In this document: positions 8,491 through 18,737 of the stretch, piece by piece | Layout: every line of letters starts with the position of its first letter | How positions within the stretch are numbered: the stretch's first letter is position 1 | NCBI GenBank assembly: GCA_048881705.1 | Contig: JBHLSH010000010.1 | Coordinates: 1-64,000, forward strand | DNA: 64,000 bases | Direction of reading: 5' to 3' | Source: Candidatus Heimdallarchaeota archaeon | GTDB taxonomy: Archaea > Asgardarchaeota > Heimdallarchaeia > Hodarchaeales > Hodarchaeaceae | The notes under the pieces: model-generated | Database searches by the model: none | Seen by the model: the letters and a program-made list of their open reading frames with translations, nothing else | Told to the model about the DNA's origin: nothing | Made by a program: the position numbers and the translations under genes

Positions 8491-11309
8491 GCAAAGGTCT
8501 GTTGCCAGATTTTCTTTAGTTCGTTAACTGGAGCATCGATTATGAGGTCTTTATTTATTCCCGAGATCTTGACAGAGGATCCTTTGACGTAACCTAGATG
8601 ATAGACAGGAATACCTTCCATAAATTTCTCGAATTCTTCTTTCTGGGAAACCTCAACAATGAACCTAGAATTAGACTCCGAAAAGAGTAATTCGATATCT
8701 GAAAGGTTAGCGTCTTTGAATACTCGTAAATTAACGTCAACTCCTAAATTCCCGCCAAAACACATTTCCGCTAAGGTTACGGCAATCCCACCCTCGCTAC
8801 AGTCGTGACAAGTCAGTATCATTTCAGCATCAATTGCAGCTATGGTTCTTTCGAAAATCTGCTTGACTTTTCGAGGATTGGGAACATCAGGGATAACTCC
8901 ATTTTGGATGCCTTTGACTAGGTGATACATAGATCCTCCTAATTCGTTATAGGTGTCTCCAATTATATAGATGGAATTCATTTCCCGCTTGAAGTCCGAA
9001 GTGATGCTTTTCCTTATATCGGGAATGATTCCAACACATGTTATCAATAGAGTATGCGGAATAGTGATGGTTTCTCCGTGTTTTGTCTGAAAGTCATTAT
9101 AAAGGCTGTCCTTTCCACTGATAAAAGGTGATCCAAGAGCAGTTGCTGATTCATAACAAGCTCGACATGCCTCGACGAGTGCTCCCAGATTCTCGGCATC
9201 CTCCGGATTTCCCCAACTAAAGTTATCGAGAAGACTGAAACGACGACCCCCAGAACAAATATTATTTCTGATAGCCTCATCAATGCTGCTTAAGGCCATT
9301 TTTCTCGGGTTACTCGAATAATTGGGATTGAATCCGTTAGATATTACTACTCCCATCCAGGAGTCATTTAGTGGCTTGATAACGCTCGCATCTCCGTGAC
9401 CATCAAAATTTATACCCTGTAAAGGCTTAATAATGGTATTACCCTGAACCTCGTGATCATATTGACGCACCACCCATTCTTTACTAGCAATAGTGGGATG
9501 GGAGAGCATTTGCTTCAATTCTGATATGTAATCGGCTTGAAACGAATATTGAACTGGTTTCTCATCGGGAAAATTGAATCTCGCCTCACGCTGGATAAGA
9601 GGTCTCCCCTTATGAAGAAAATCCAAGTCGATTTGACCCACCACCGTTCCCAGATACCTCAGTTCAAGTAGTCTTTTGTCTGTAAATTCTCCTATCACAC
9701 TTGCATCACAATTTTCCAGTTCACAGATCTCTAAAAGCCGATCCAGGTTAGCGGGAGGAACTGCAAGTAACATTCTTTCTTGTGATTCGGATATCCAGAT
9801 CTCCCAAGGTTTCAATCCTGCATACTTCAGGGGAACTCTATCTAAACTAACTTGTGCTCCCAATTCAGCGGCCATTTCTCCAACAGCAGAACTAAGTCCC
9901 CCTCCACCACAATCTGTTATTGCAGAGTACAATGGTTGATCTTTCTCATCTCGTGCTTTCAGAAGTGCATCTAAAACTCTTCTTTCCTCTAATGGATTTC
10001 CGATCTGAACTGCCCCGCTTCCCGTTTTCTCTGATTCGGAAGTTAAAGTGAGTGAAGCGAACGTGACTCCATGTATACCATCACGACCTGTTCTTCCACC
10101 GAGCAGTACAATTTTATTGCCAGGTTGCGGATTTCTGGAATATTTCTTGATTGGAAGTAACCCGACTACGCCCGCAAACACCAATGGATTTCCTAGAAAG
10201 TCTGCATGGAACCCAACACATCCATTTACTGTTGGAACACCCATTTGATTTCCATAATCTCGGATCCCCGCTACACATCCCCTCATAAGACGTTTTGGAT
10301 GCATTGTTCCTTCAGGGAGATGATCATACGGAAAATCCAGTGGTCCGAAGAACAGACAATCAGTGGACAATATGGGCTTTGCCCCCACTCCCATAGCATC
10401 TCTCAGAACCCCACCTGTTCCTGTTCCTGCTCCCCCATACGGATCCAAGGCTGAGGGATGATTATGAGTCTCAACTTTCACAGCAAGGCCATAATCATTT
10501 GTGAAATCTATTATTCCTGCGTTATCAGAGAAAACATTTACACACCATTTAGGACTGATCTCCTCAGTCGCCCGCATGATATAAGATTTCAATAATCCGT
10601 TGATCGTATCCCCTTCGTAAACGATCTGACCCTTAAAGGTCTTATGAACACAATGCTCGGACCAGGTCTGACCAATGGTTTCAAGTTCCGCATCTGTGGG
10701 ATCACGATTTAGCTTTTGGTAAAATCTCTGTATTGCTAGCATTTCTTCGACATTTAATGCGAGTAGCAACTCTTTGCTTAAAGCCTGTAAATCTAAAACA
10801 GAAAGATTTCTCAGAGGAATCGTATTGTATTCCCCATTTGAATTTTGAACCTCGTGAATTTCAACGTCATTAATCAAGTCGTTAGATAAGGATTGTTTTA
10901 CAATATTCAGTAATTCTATTGCCGTTAACTCAGTTTTGATGAAGTAAGAAATGCCCGTTCGTACTCTTTGCAAATATATATCCAGAAATTTTGCTGCATC
11001 GATCACAGTTAAACCTGTGGCATCCATCACCCCTTCTTTATAAGTCACAGAGACAATAAACCCTTCGCCCGACGTTTGAACAGGAAACGTAAGATTATCA
11101 ATCCAATATTGCTGCGAAGTTTTATCACACAGCAATTTTTCACAGAGCAGAACGATTTCATGATTTGAAGGTGCTTCGATTTCATAAATCAAAAACGATC
11201 GGACATTGGCAGATATGCCAAATTCCTCAAGTGAAGATTCAACACTTCGCGCATTCGGATCAACTATCCCCTCTCTATTGGAGACACTTACATAGAAAGG
11301 TCTATTCAT
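8484..11309 (-). CDS. purL: FGAM synthase PurL with two N-terminal PurS-like modules (likely start ATG 11309; ORF track extends to 11363)
   Basis: WSEHCVHKTF, KVETHNHPS, DCGGGGL, SESQERM, QYDHEV, ISGKDSLYN, LFSESNSRF; N-terminal duplicated motifs GIVDPNARSV and GVMDATGLTV. Confidence 0.95.
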   Translation of the reverse strand: MNRPFYVSVSNREGIVDPNARSVESSLEEFGISANVRSFLIYEIEAPSNHEIVLLCEKLLCDKTSQQYWIDNLTFPVQTSGEGFIVSVTYKEGVMDATGLTVIDAAKFLDIYLQRVRTGISYFIKTELTAIELLNIVKQSLSNDLINDVEIHEVQNSNGEYNTIPLRNLSVLDLQALSKELLLALNVEEMLAIQRFYQKLNRDPTDAELETIGQTWSEHCVHKTFKGQIVYEGDTINGLLKSYIMRATEEISPKWCVNVFSDNAGIIDFTNDYGLAVKVETHNHPSALDPYGGAGTGTGGVLRDAMGVGAKPILSTDCLFFGPLDFPYDHLPEGTMHPKRLMRGCVAGIRDYGNQMGVPTVNGCVGFHADFLGNPLVFAGVVGLLPIKKYSRNPQPGNKIVLLGGRTGRDGIHGVTFASLTLTSESEKTGSGAVQIGNPLEERRVLDALLKARDEKDQPLYSAITDCGGGGLSSAVGEMAAELGAQVSLDRVPLKYAGLKPWEIWISESQERMLLAVPPANLDRLLEICELENCDASVIGEFTDKRLLELRYLGTVVGQIDLDFLHKGRPLIQREARFNFPDEKPVQYSFQADYISELKQMLSHPTIASKEWVVRQYDHEVQGNTIIKPLQGINFDGHGDASVIKPLNDSWMGVVISNGFNPNYSSNPRKMALSSIDEAIRNNICSGGRRFSLLDNFSWGNPEDAENLGALVEACRACYESATALGSPFISGKDSLYNDFQTKHGETITIPHTLLITCVGIIPDIRKSITSDFKREMNSIYIIGDTYNELGGSMYHLVKGIQNGVIPDVPNPRKVKQIFERTIAAIDAEMILTCHDCSEGGIAVTLAEMCFGGNLGVDVNLRVFKDANLSDIELLFSESNSRFIVEVSQKEEFEKFMEGIPVYHLGYVKGSSVKISGINKDLIIDAPVNELKKIWQQTFAW

Positions 11310-11383
11310 CTTAAAACACAAAGATAATTCATAATTAAAAGAATTTCTTAAGATTCCACCCAAGTGGCCGTTGGTAATGCTGG

Positions 11384-11397
11384 TATAAATATTTAAA
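11384..11397 (-). promoter_or_regulatory. Candidate TATA box for the purL-purQ-purP-guaA arm
   Basis: TTTAAATATTTATA on the minus strand, about 75 nt upstream of the purL ATG. Confidence 0.4.
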
Positions 11398-11463
11398 CGC
11401 GGTGTTAAATAACTGATTTCCCCTAAAAGTCTTTCGTCAATTTGTCCTCTTGAAAAGTTTATT

Positions 11464-12243
11464 TCAATCAGTCTTACAGGCTGCCAACTTTCTAAGGACT
11501 GAAATTACAACATTTTGCCGTATACAGATTCCTCTGGGCGTTGTTAGTGATTTCGCTATCTGTTTAAGTTCATTATAGGTTTGGGGGTTCAAGGTTTTTT
11601 CTAGTGAACCCTTAAGATCTATTCCTACTTCATCTATAACTTCTTCAATCGTGTTGTAATAGGTGTTACGTGTAAAATTTTCATCAATTATGGCTTCAAA
11701 CTTGTGATCATATAATGTTGCCTTTTTGAGAGTATAAAGAGAAAGGGTCTTTTTTTCAGTCCAATCTCCTCCATCATAATTCACCAAATCGCCCGGTTTG
11801 CGAGAAATTAAATGCAGAACAGAGCCTCTATTACCCTTGAATGGTTGATGGAGACTCGGTTGAAGCCCTATCAATATGCCTCCATTGGGCTTCAGAACCC
11901 GCCATGCCTCATCTACACCATTTTTCATTTCTTCTAATCCATCAAAACAACATAAAGAGTAAGTAAAAAACACAATATCAAAGGAATTATCCGAAAATGG
12001 CAAGCTTTCGCCTCCTCCCTCTCGAAACTCTAGCTTTGCTGTTAAATGACTCGGTATTTTCTCAATCGCCTTTTTTATCTCTTCCATGGATGGATCGATT
12101 GCGATGACGTGCTCCGTTAAAGCGGCATATTTGTAGGTTAGCCTTCCATCTCCACATCCAATCTCTAACACCTTTTTACCATCAAAATCGGCGTATTTCA
12201 AGATATGTTTGAGTTCCACGCCTTCAGGGTCGCGTATTCGCAT
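11464..12243 (-). CDS. Class I SAM-dependent methyltransferase (Methyltransf_11-like)
   Basis: VLEIGCGDGR, VIAIDPS, ESLPFSDNSFDIV, RVLKPNGG. Confidence 0.85.
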   Translation of the reverse strand: MRIRDPEGVELKHILKYADFDGKKVLEIGCGDGRLTYKYAALTEHVIAIDPSMEEIKKAIEKIPSHLTAKLEFREGGGESLPFSDNSFDIVFFTYSLCCFDGLEEMKNGVDEAWRVLKPNGGILIGLQPSLHQPFKGNRGSVLHLISRKPGDLVNYDGGDWTEKKTLSLYTLKKATLYDHKFEAIIDENFTRNTYYNTIEEVIDEVGIDLKGSLEKTLNPQTYNELKQIAKSLTTPRGICIRQNVVISVLRKLAACKTD

Positions 12244-12353
12244 AATTTAGTGGGAATCTAGCCAGTTTTTAATTTGATACTTTTTTCAATCAGATTGATA
12301 AAACCTAGCTTGAGGGCATCAATGATGTTCGCTGGGGTACGAATCCTTTTTGC

Positions 12354-13334
12354 TTATAAATTGGAGAGTTTTAGTCCCTTTATCGTTAGCCAAGGACTAG
12401 GTTCTTGTAGTTTTTCGAGTTGGATTCTCCAAGTTGGAGTAATTCCGCAGATCCAAGTCACGTAATCCTGACATAGGCTTCCTAAAGACTTTAAGAGCCC
12501 CTGAATTTCGGTTCGGACTTCTTTTCCCGCTGGGGTTAATGCTTCCACTAATTCAAAGATATCGGCATAATAACTCCTGAAATAGGCAAGGGCATGCCAC
12601 TTACTAGAAACAGATTGCTTCAGACGAGGAAAATCAGCTTTAGTTAAATCATGACTCAATATATATCTCGTTATAGACGAAATCGTTTTTTTATATTCAG
12701 GCTGCTTCCATCTCTCTGGCCACTCATTCAGAAACAATAAATCTTTGATTAGTCCCCAACCGCATGGTAACTTCATCCGATCACTTTTCAAGGGGCCTTT
12801 TTTATAATAGCACAGACCCTCTTTTCCATGAATTCGTTTTAAGTGTTTAAAACTTGCCCGTTTGACATCTTCTCTCTCACCGAAACCCATCAAGAGTAAC
12901 GAACGCAATAACATACTGTTTTCGCATTGCATAAAATGCCCCCATACTTTGTGATCTTCACGAAAAACATACTCCTCCTGGTGAATTTTGGTTGCAAAAA
13001 CATAATCGACAGCCTTACCAATATTTGGAAGTGAAAGACCGTTTACTCCGAGATACCCCAAGAAAAGAAGCGTCCAAACAGTACTCTTATGCATGGGGCT
13101 CCATACTCCATCCTTTCCAGGTTCCAACCAACTACCATTGTTCAATTGCTTGTTCATAAATCTTGATATCCGTTTTTGGGAGAGAAATCGATCTTGTTTC
13201 TCTAAATATTCGGAATTTTGGATTCCAAGATCTAAAACGTCTCGCATATACAATAACTGAAAATATGGCTTTTCTGCGTGTGATTCCAAGTATTCTTCAG
13301 CTTTTACGGGATTAAAATTCGGAATATCAACCAT
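12354..13334 (-). CDS. Uncharacterised alpha/alpha-toroid (prenyltransferase/terpene cyclase-like) protein
   Basis: QW-like motif QLNNGSW, KSTVWTLLFLGYLG, YYADIFELVEAL, EPSPWLT; all-helical pattern. Confidence 0.55.
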   Translation of the reverse strand: MVDIPNFNPVKAEEYLESHAEKPYFQLLYMRDVLDLGIQNSEYLEKQDRFLSQKRISRFMNKQLNNGSWLEPGKDGVWSPMHKSTVWTLLFLGYLGVNGLSLPNIGKAVDYVFATKIHQEEYVFREDHKVWGHFMQCENSMLLRSLLLMGFGEREDVKRASFKHLKRIHGKEGLCYYKKGPLKSDRMKLPCGWGLIKDLLFLNEWPERWKQPEYKKTISSITRYILSHDLTKADFPRLKQSVSSKWHALAYFRSYYADIFELVEALTPAGKEVRTEIQGLLKSLGSLCQDYVTWICGITPTWRIQLEKLQEPSPWLTIKGLKLSNL

Positions 13335-13485
13335 AAAATCACCTTGACGGATATTGGTAAATTTAATCCAAGTGATTATTCTGCAATACTTCCGGTCAAT
13401 CAGTTTTCAAATACAGTTGTTGTGGCAAAAAGTGCTCAACGGTATAATGGTACTTTTCAAGGTGTTTTAAAGATCGACAATGTCA

Positions 13486-14448
13486 TTAAATCTCTACAGT
13501 TACATTCTCAAAAGAAGATTTAATCTGTACCCGTCCTTTCTCCATATTGGTTACTTTCCCGATCAATAAGGCTGATTGGGACGCCTCTTCAAAGGAACTC
13601 CTATGGAGTGGATCGACAATCTCAATGAAACCTATCCCACAATTAAACGTTCTAAGCATTTCCATGCACGCCGTTTCAGAATTTTGTTTTAGTCTTTCAA
13701 AAAGGATCTGAAAGATTCTTGGCGTTTTTATCTCGGTTAAGTCAATTTTCATCCCTAAATTGTTGTTTAGAAGTTTTTTTAGTTTTGTAAATGCTCCACC
13801 TGTAATGTGCATCCGTTTTTTGGCCCATCGGTCTGTAAGATTTAGCTCACCAAGATAAATTTCGGTCGGTGTTGTTAAAACATCCAAATATTTCAAAATT
13901 TCCTCTTTAAGCAGCCTTCGAGCTAGAGTTAGACCATTACTATGAATCCCACTACTAGGATGTCCATAAACAAGGTCACCTTCTTCGAGTGGTGTATTGA
14001 TGAGTTTTTGAGCTGTCCCACTAACATGAATCCCGATTTCCAACCCTGAGATAGTGTTCAGAATGGCGGTTTCCCCTCCTGTATAAAGGATCCTGTACTT
14101 CTTGCATAAGGATGCGATCTGAGTTATAATTTGAAAGGAAATATCGTTATTTTCTTCCTGAAGTAATAGATGGCAGTTTAACAATCTAGGTTGAAAACCA
14201 AGAATGGCAAGATCATTGACGTTCATTGCAAACGCGTCGGTGGCTGCTTCTTTGAAACTCCTCCGTTGGAAGTGTAATAGGCCCTTTGTACCAATCCCGT
14301 CAACGTGTTCCATGAAGTAAGGCGAACCAAAAAAATCCTTGATCACGGGATAACCTTGGACATCAAGAACCCGATTGTCCCAGGTTTGACTAATGATTTC
14401 GAGAATCCGCCGACTATAGGGCTTTTCTGGATCATAGGATTGAACCAC
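13486..14448 (-). CDS. purM: Phosphoribosylformylglycinamidine cyclo-ligase (AIR synthase)
   Basis: HVDGIGTK, AMNVNDL, GGETA, SSGIHSNGLTL, HITGG, RTFNCGIG; abuts the purD stop. Confidence 0.93.
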   Translation of the reverse strand: MVQSYDPEKPYSRRILEIISQTWDNRVLDVQGYPVIKDFFGSPYFMEHVDGIGTKGLLHFQRRSFKEAATDAFAMNVNDLAILGFQPRLLNCHLLLQEENNDISFQIITQIASLCKKYRILYTGGETAILNTISGLEIGIHVSGTAQKLINTPLEEGDLVYGHPSSGIHSNGLTLARRLLKEEILKYLDVLTTPTEIYLGELNLTDRWAKKRMHITGGAFTKLKKLLNNNLGMKIDLTEIKTPRIFQILFERLKQNSETACMEMLRTFNCGIGFIEIVDPLHRSSFEEASQSALLIGKVTNMEKGRVQIKSSFENVTVEI

Positions 14449-15756
14449 CTATTTTATCCCACCTGCGATATCAGTTCTATAATGTAAATCTCCCCGAACA
14501 TGCCCAATACAGGAATACGCGATATTTCTGGCTTCTGAAACTGAATCCCCAATCCCAAGAATTCCAAGGGCACGCGAACTAGTTGTACTAACAGTATTTG
14601 TTGCTTCCTCTTTAACAGAGGCATAATAAATCCCCCCGTTCATCTCCTGAATTTGAGGGACATCAATCTTCACCTTCATCCCTTCCACGGGGTTGATCGG
14701 ATAACCTTTGGGTGTTAAGTAGACACAAACAGTTGCCTTTTTTTGCCAATGATCTTTCGGTAGGACTCCCTGTACGAGTTTATAGCAAGATTGCGTAAAA
14801 TCCTCCAGAAAAAGAGGGAGTACATTAATCGCTTCTGGGTCTCCAAGACGGGAGTTAAACTCTATCAGTTTCACTCCTTCAGTAGTGAGCATAAACTGTC
14901 CATACAGGAATCCTCGGTATCCTCCAATTGCTCTGACTGCGCTTTTCATGACTTCAAGTGCAAACTCATAGTCGTTTGAGGACAAAAATGGAAGTAAAAG
15001 GTCTTTACATGAGTATGAACCCATACTCCCGGTATTTGGGCCTTTATCACCATCATAAGCTCGTTTAAAATCTTGAACAAGTGGCATTCCTAAAAGATTT
15101 TCTCCGCTGACAAATGCCTGAAGTGTAAATTCTGAATTTACAAGTTGAGACGGTTTCTGAAGCTTCTTTTCAACGATTACCTTATGATTCCCTTTGGAAA
15201 GGACATCCCCTATATAATCAAGAACTTGATCGCGATCTGAAAAATGATCTCCCCATACTTTTACACCTTTTCCCCCTGTAAGATAATCAGGTTTTACAGC
15301 TACCTGATTATTCCAATCTTTCATTAAACGGTTCATTTCTCGAACAATTTCATTCTGATCGTCCCTATCAGTGAATATATGAAATTCTGGATTTGCTGGT
15401 ATTGAGTTGTCAAACAAAATTTGTCGGCAGTAGGCCTTGCTCCATTCTAATTTGCTCATGGCTTTATCAGGTGATGCTGAAGGGATATCAGCATCTTTCA
15501 TCAATTCGTCCACTATTCCATTTGCTAAAGGATTTTCGGGACCTATGACAGCTAAATCCGCCTTGGTCTTTTTAGCAAAATCCACAATACTCTCGTTGGA
15601 ATTTAGATTCCCTATATGAATTTCCTTTGCTAAACTCTTTATCCCTGGGTTAATCCTGTTCATATAAGCCATTAATTCGACATTTTCGTTATATTTCAAG
15701 GCCTTGGCAATTGTATGTTCTCGGGCACCATTACCTACCAATAATATTCTGTTCAT
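14449..15756 (-). CDS. purD: Phosphoribosylamine-glycine ligase (likely start ATG 15756)
   Basis: LLVGNGAREH, VIGPENPL, LEWSKAY, VKPDYLTGGKGV, GPNTGSMGS, EFNSRLGDPE, YRTDIA. Confidence 0.96.
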   Translation of the reverse strand: MNRILLVGNGAREHTIAKALKYNENVELMAYMNRINPGIKSLAKEIHIGNLNSNESIVDFAKKTKADLAVIGPENPLANGIVDELMKDADIPSASPDKAMSKLEWSKAYCRQILFDNSIPANPEFHIFTDRDDQNEIVREMNRLMKDWNNQVAVKPDYLTGGKGVKVWGDHFSDRDQVLDYIGDVLSKGNHKVIVEKKLQKPSQLVNSEFTLQAFVSGENLLGMPLVQDFKRAYDGDKGPNTGSMGSYSCKDLLLPFLSSNDYEFALEVMKSAVRAIGGYRGFLYGQFMLTTEGVKLIEFNSRLGDPEAINVLPLFLEDFTQSCYKLVQGVLPKDHWQKKATVCVYLTPKGYPINPVEGMKVKIDVPQIQEMNGGIYYASVKEEATNTVSTTSSRALGILGIGDSVSEARNIAYSCIGHVRGDLHYRTDIAGGIK

Positions 15757-17131
15757 AAGCTCGCTCATCCGCATTCATTCTATCGATATTTCTGAAGAGT
15801 TCTCGCGCTCTTGGCGTTGGGTATATCGCATCCAAACATGCTGTACATAATCCATCAACTTCAATCGCTTCTCTCAACCCCTCTATGGTCATATAAGTTA
15901 ATGAATCACAGCCTAATTTGGTTTTGATCTCCTCAACGGTTCGTTTAGAGGCCAATAATTCCCCTGGCCGAGACATATCTATCCCGTACACACAAGGATA
16001 TTTGATTAGGGGAGTTGTAATTCCAACATGAATCTCTTTCGCTCCCTTCTTTCTAAGTAGGTCAATAACACTCGTTAACGTTGTTCCTCTGACGATACTA
16101 TCATCAATTAAGATAATTTTCTTATTTTTGATAACGCTCTCAACGGTTTCATATACAACCTTGATTTCCTTAATCCTTGATTTTTTGGGTTTAATGAAGA
16201 TTCGACCTGTTGTATTCTTAATGAGACCGTCTGCATATCTTAGCCCTAAGTAATCTGCGCATCCTACTGCGCCAGATCGAGATGTGTTGGGGACAGGAAT
16301 TACGTAATCTGCGGTCTTAATGCCCTGTTCTTCCAACAGACGCCCTAAAATCGTTCCCAGATTGTACCGTACTGTATAAACCTCGGCCCCTTCATTGATG
16401 GAAGGAGCTTGGGAAAAATAGGTCCATTCAAACATACAGTGATGGGTTTGTTCGAACCGAATTCTATGTCGTTCAAACCGGCCACGGGAAAAAATGAGTA
16501 ATCCTCCTGGTGGTACAAAATTAAACTCATGAATTCCGAGCTTTTCCAGAATTCGAGTTTCAGAGGTGACTACATATCCATCATCTAATTCTCCCCAACA
16601 TAGAGGCCTTATGCCATATGGATCCCTGAAGGCGATAATTTTATCATCGCCCAACATTGCTACGACACTATAGGATCCGTCAGTTTGTGTCATTACTCTC
16701 TGAACAGCCTTATAAATCGAATGGTCAGTATTTTCCAAATTCTCTTTCAGCAGTTTACAGAGAAGGGCACCATCATTACCTTGATTAATTACCTCTGGAA
16801 AAATGATGTTTCCATTAAATGCCAAACTAAGGACGCCATTTCCTGATGTGGATTCCGTAAACGGAGCTAGGTGTCTGTGAAGCGATTCCTTACGAAGGGT
16901 ACCAATTGTGGGGTATCGTGTAGAGGCAACACAAATATCTACTTTTTCAGATGTATCAGGAAGAGATCTTTCAAGATTCTTAGCAGTTCCTTGAGTTTTT
17001 TCGGAAATAAAACCTCCCACAAATCCCGTTAAGCCAGCAGCCTCCTGTCCTCTCGTGGCAAGTGCCTCAAGACACATCAGAAATGTTCCGATATTGAGTT
17101 TACCTCCAATTACACCGATTATCCCACACAT
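15731..17131 (-). CDS. purF: Amidophosphoribosyltransferase
   Basis: N-terminal MCGIIG (Ntn Cys), RGQEAAG, RDPYGIRPL, CMFEWTYF, IDDSIVRGTT, Fe-S cysteines PCVYGID and LCTAC. Confidence 0.96.
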   Translation of the reverse strand: MCGIIGVIGGKLNIGTFLMCLEALATRGQEAAGLTGFVGGFISEKTQGTAKNLERSLPDTSEKVDICVASTRYPTIGTLRKESLHRHLAPFTESTSGNGVLSLAFNGNIIFPEVINQGNDGALLCKLLKENLENTDHSIYKAVQRVMTQTDGSYSVVAMLGDDKIIAFRDPYGIRPLCWGELDDGYVVTSETRILEKLGIHEFNFVPPGGLLIFSRGRFERHRIRFEQTHHCMFEWTYFSQAPSINEGAEVYTVRYNLGTILGRLLEEQGIKTADYVIPVPNTSRSGAVGCADYLGLRYADGLIKNTTGRIFIKPKKSRIKEIKVVYETVESVIKNKKIILIDDSIVRGTTLTSVIDLLRKKGAKEIHVGITTPLIKYPCVYGIDMSRPGELLASKRTVEEIKTKLGCDSLTYMTIEGLREAIEVDGLCTACLDAIYPTPRARELFRNIDRMNADERAYEQNIIGR

Positions 17132-18357
17132 TACCTCAACACCTCAATCACATTTTCAGTCGTCTCAACCGCTAAACCGAGGTAAGAAGAAGGAACGTTA
17201 GCCTCATAGAGGGTTTTTTTGGCCGCTTGATACGCCTCTTGCCTTCCATAACCTTCTTTTATCAGTTGCATCATCCTTTTTTCCATGAGAATGTCGGGTT
17301 GTTTCAATAAGTTCCCCTTGATATTTTCTTCGAAAAACTCCAGATCCTTTAAAATATAAACAGCCTGGAGGATCATATAATGCGTTAAAATAATCGTTTC
17401 CGGAATTATGATACGTTCATTTGCACTGTTTGTTAAATCTCGTTCGTGTTCCAGCGAGATATTTTCTAATGCTGGCAGAATATTGGTACGCAGGCGTTTT
17501 GCTAAAGCGCAAAGGTTTTCACTTTTGTGCGGATTGCGCTTGTGTGGCATCGTTGAGCTTCCTGTCTGCTTTGAACCAAAAGGCTCACCTACCTCCATTA
17601 TCTCTGTCCTTTGTAAGTTTCTTATTTCGTTTCCTATCTTTTCTATTAAACAGGCTGTCGATATCAGATTGAACAAGTATTTCGCTATAAAAAGCCGAGG
17701 GACAACTTGGTTGGCCACTAAAGGGATTTCTAGACCGAGCTGGGTTAACACGTTCCTTTCTACTTCAACCCCGTTTTCGTTTAGCTCGGCGAAACTTGCG
17801 TATGTTCCGACCGCCCCCTTCATTTTTCCGTAAAATTTGGTTTTGCTTAGGTCTTCGATGACTTCGTTAACCTCATAAGCCCATAGAGCGAATCTAAGGC
17901 CATACGTCATTGGCAAGGCGTGTTGTCCATGGGTCCGGCCGATACAGACAAGATGTTTGGTTTCTTCTGCCTTTTTCAACAGGATGTCTTTTAACTTATG
18001 TAAATCTTGTAAAATCACTTCGTTCGCTTTTTTCATTTGAAGACCGAGGGCGGAGTCGTTTATGTCTTGGGAAGTTGCACCAATATGAACCTTATCGCAC
18101 CCTGAGGCTTCAGTAAGGGCCTGCACCAAGGCCATAATGTCATGATGCGTCATTTTTTCAATATTTTTTACTTTTTGAGCGGTTACTGACCTGGCGCCTT
18201 CCCTGATACTGTGATACTCATCCTCCGTAAGTAATCCCAGATTGTAATGAGTATGGGCCAAGGCAACTTCGACATCGACCATAAAACCAATTCTGGCTTC
18301 CTCCTCAAATAGGTCCGCCACTGAGGTTCGATACCGCTCTTCAAACGGGTGAATCAT
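17131..18357 (-). CDS. purB: Adenylosuccinate lyase
   Basis: THHDIMA, HIGATSQD, GRTHGQHA, GSSTMPHKRNP signature, HERDLTNS. Confidence 0.96.
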   Translation of the reverse strand: MIHPFEERYRTSVADLFEEEARIGFMVDVEVALAHTHYNLGLLTEDEYHSIREGARSVTAQKVKNIEKMTHHDIMALVQALTEASGCDKVHIGATSQDINDSALGLQMKKANEVILQDLHKLKDILLKKAEETKHLVCIGRTHGQHALPMTYGLRFALWAYEVNEVIEDLSKTKFYGKMKGAVGTYASFAELNENGVEVERNVLTQLGLEIPLVANQVVPRLFIAKYLFNLISTACLIEKIGNEIRNLQRTEIMEVGEPFGSKQTGSSTMPHKRNPHKSENLCALAKRLRTNILPALENISLEHERDLTNSANERIIIPETIILTHYMILQAVYILKDLEFFEENIKGNLLKQPDILMEKRMMQLIKEGYGRQEAYQAAKKTLYEANVPSSYLGLAVETTENVIEVLR

Positions 18358-18737
18358 TTTCTTAAAATCCTTAATGCCAAGAGGCCAGCGTTTTGTCCAT
18401 TATCTATACCTACACAGGCGACAGGTACCCCTTTTGGTAGTTGAGCAATCGATAGTAGCGCATCCAATCCATTTAGGAGACCCGAAACAGGAACACCTAT
18501 AACTGGTTTTTTTGTGCGAGCCGCCACATAACCGGGTAAGGCGGCAGCGAGACCAGCAATGCAGATGAAAACCTGTGCTGATGACTCAGCAACGATCCTA
18601 TCTACTACTTCAGGGTTCCGGTGACATGAGGCATAATGAATGGTGAAATCTACATTATTTTCCAATACTTCAGTTACCTCGTTGACAATTCTTTCATCGC
18701 TCTTACTGCCTGCTATTATAGTAATCGTGAAAATCAT
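18354..18737 (-). CDS. purE: AIR carboxylase / N5-CAIR mutase
   Basis: GSKSD, SCHRNP, AGLAAALPG, PVIGVP, GLDALLS, PKGVPVA. Confidence 0.93.
   Translation of the reverse strand: MIFTITIIAGSKSDERIVNEVTEVLENNVDFTIHYASCHRNPEVVDRIVAESSAQVFICIAGLAAALPGYVAARTKKPVIGVPVSGLLNGLDALLSIAQLPKGVPVACVGIDNGQNAGLLALRILRK

Noticed and set aside
12354-13334. Interpretation as a true squalene/terpene cyclase
   Set aside because: Only one QW-like motif, no DxDD catalytic motif, and about half the expected length.
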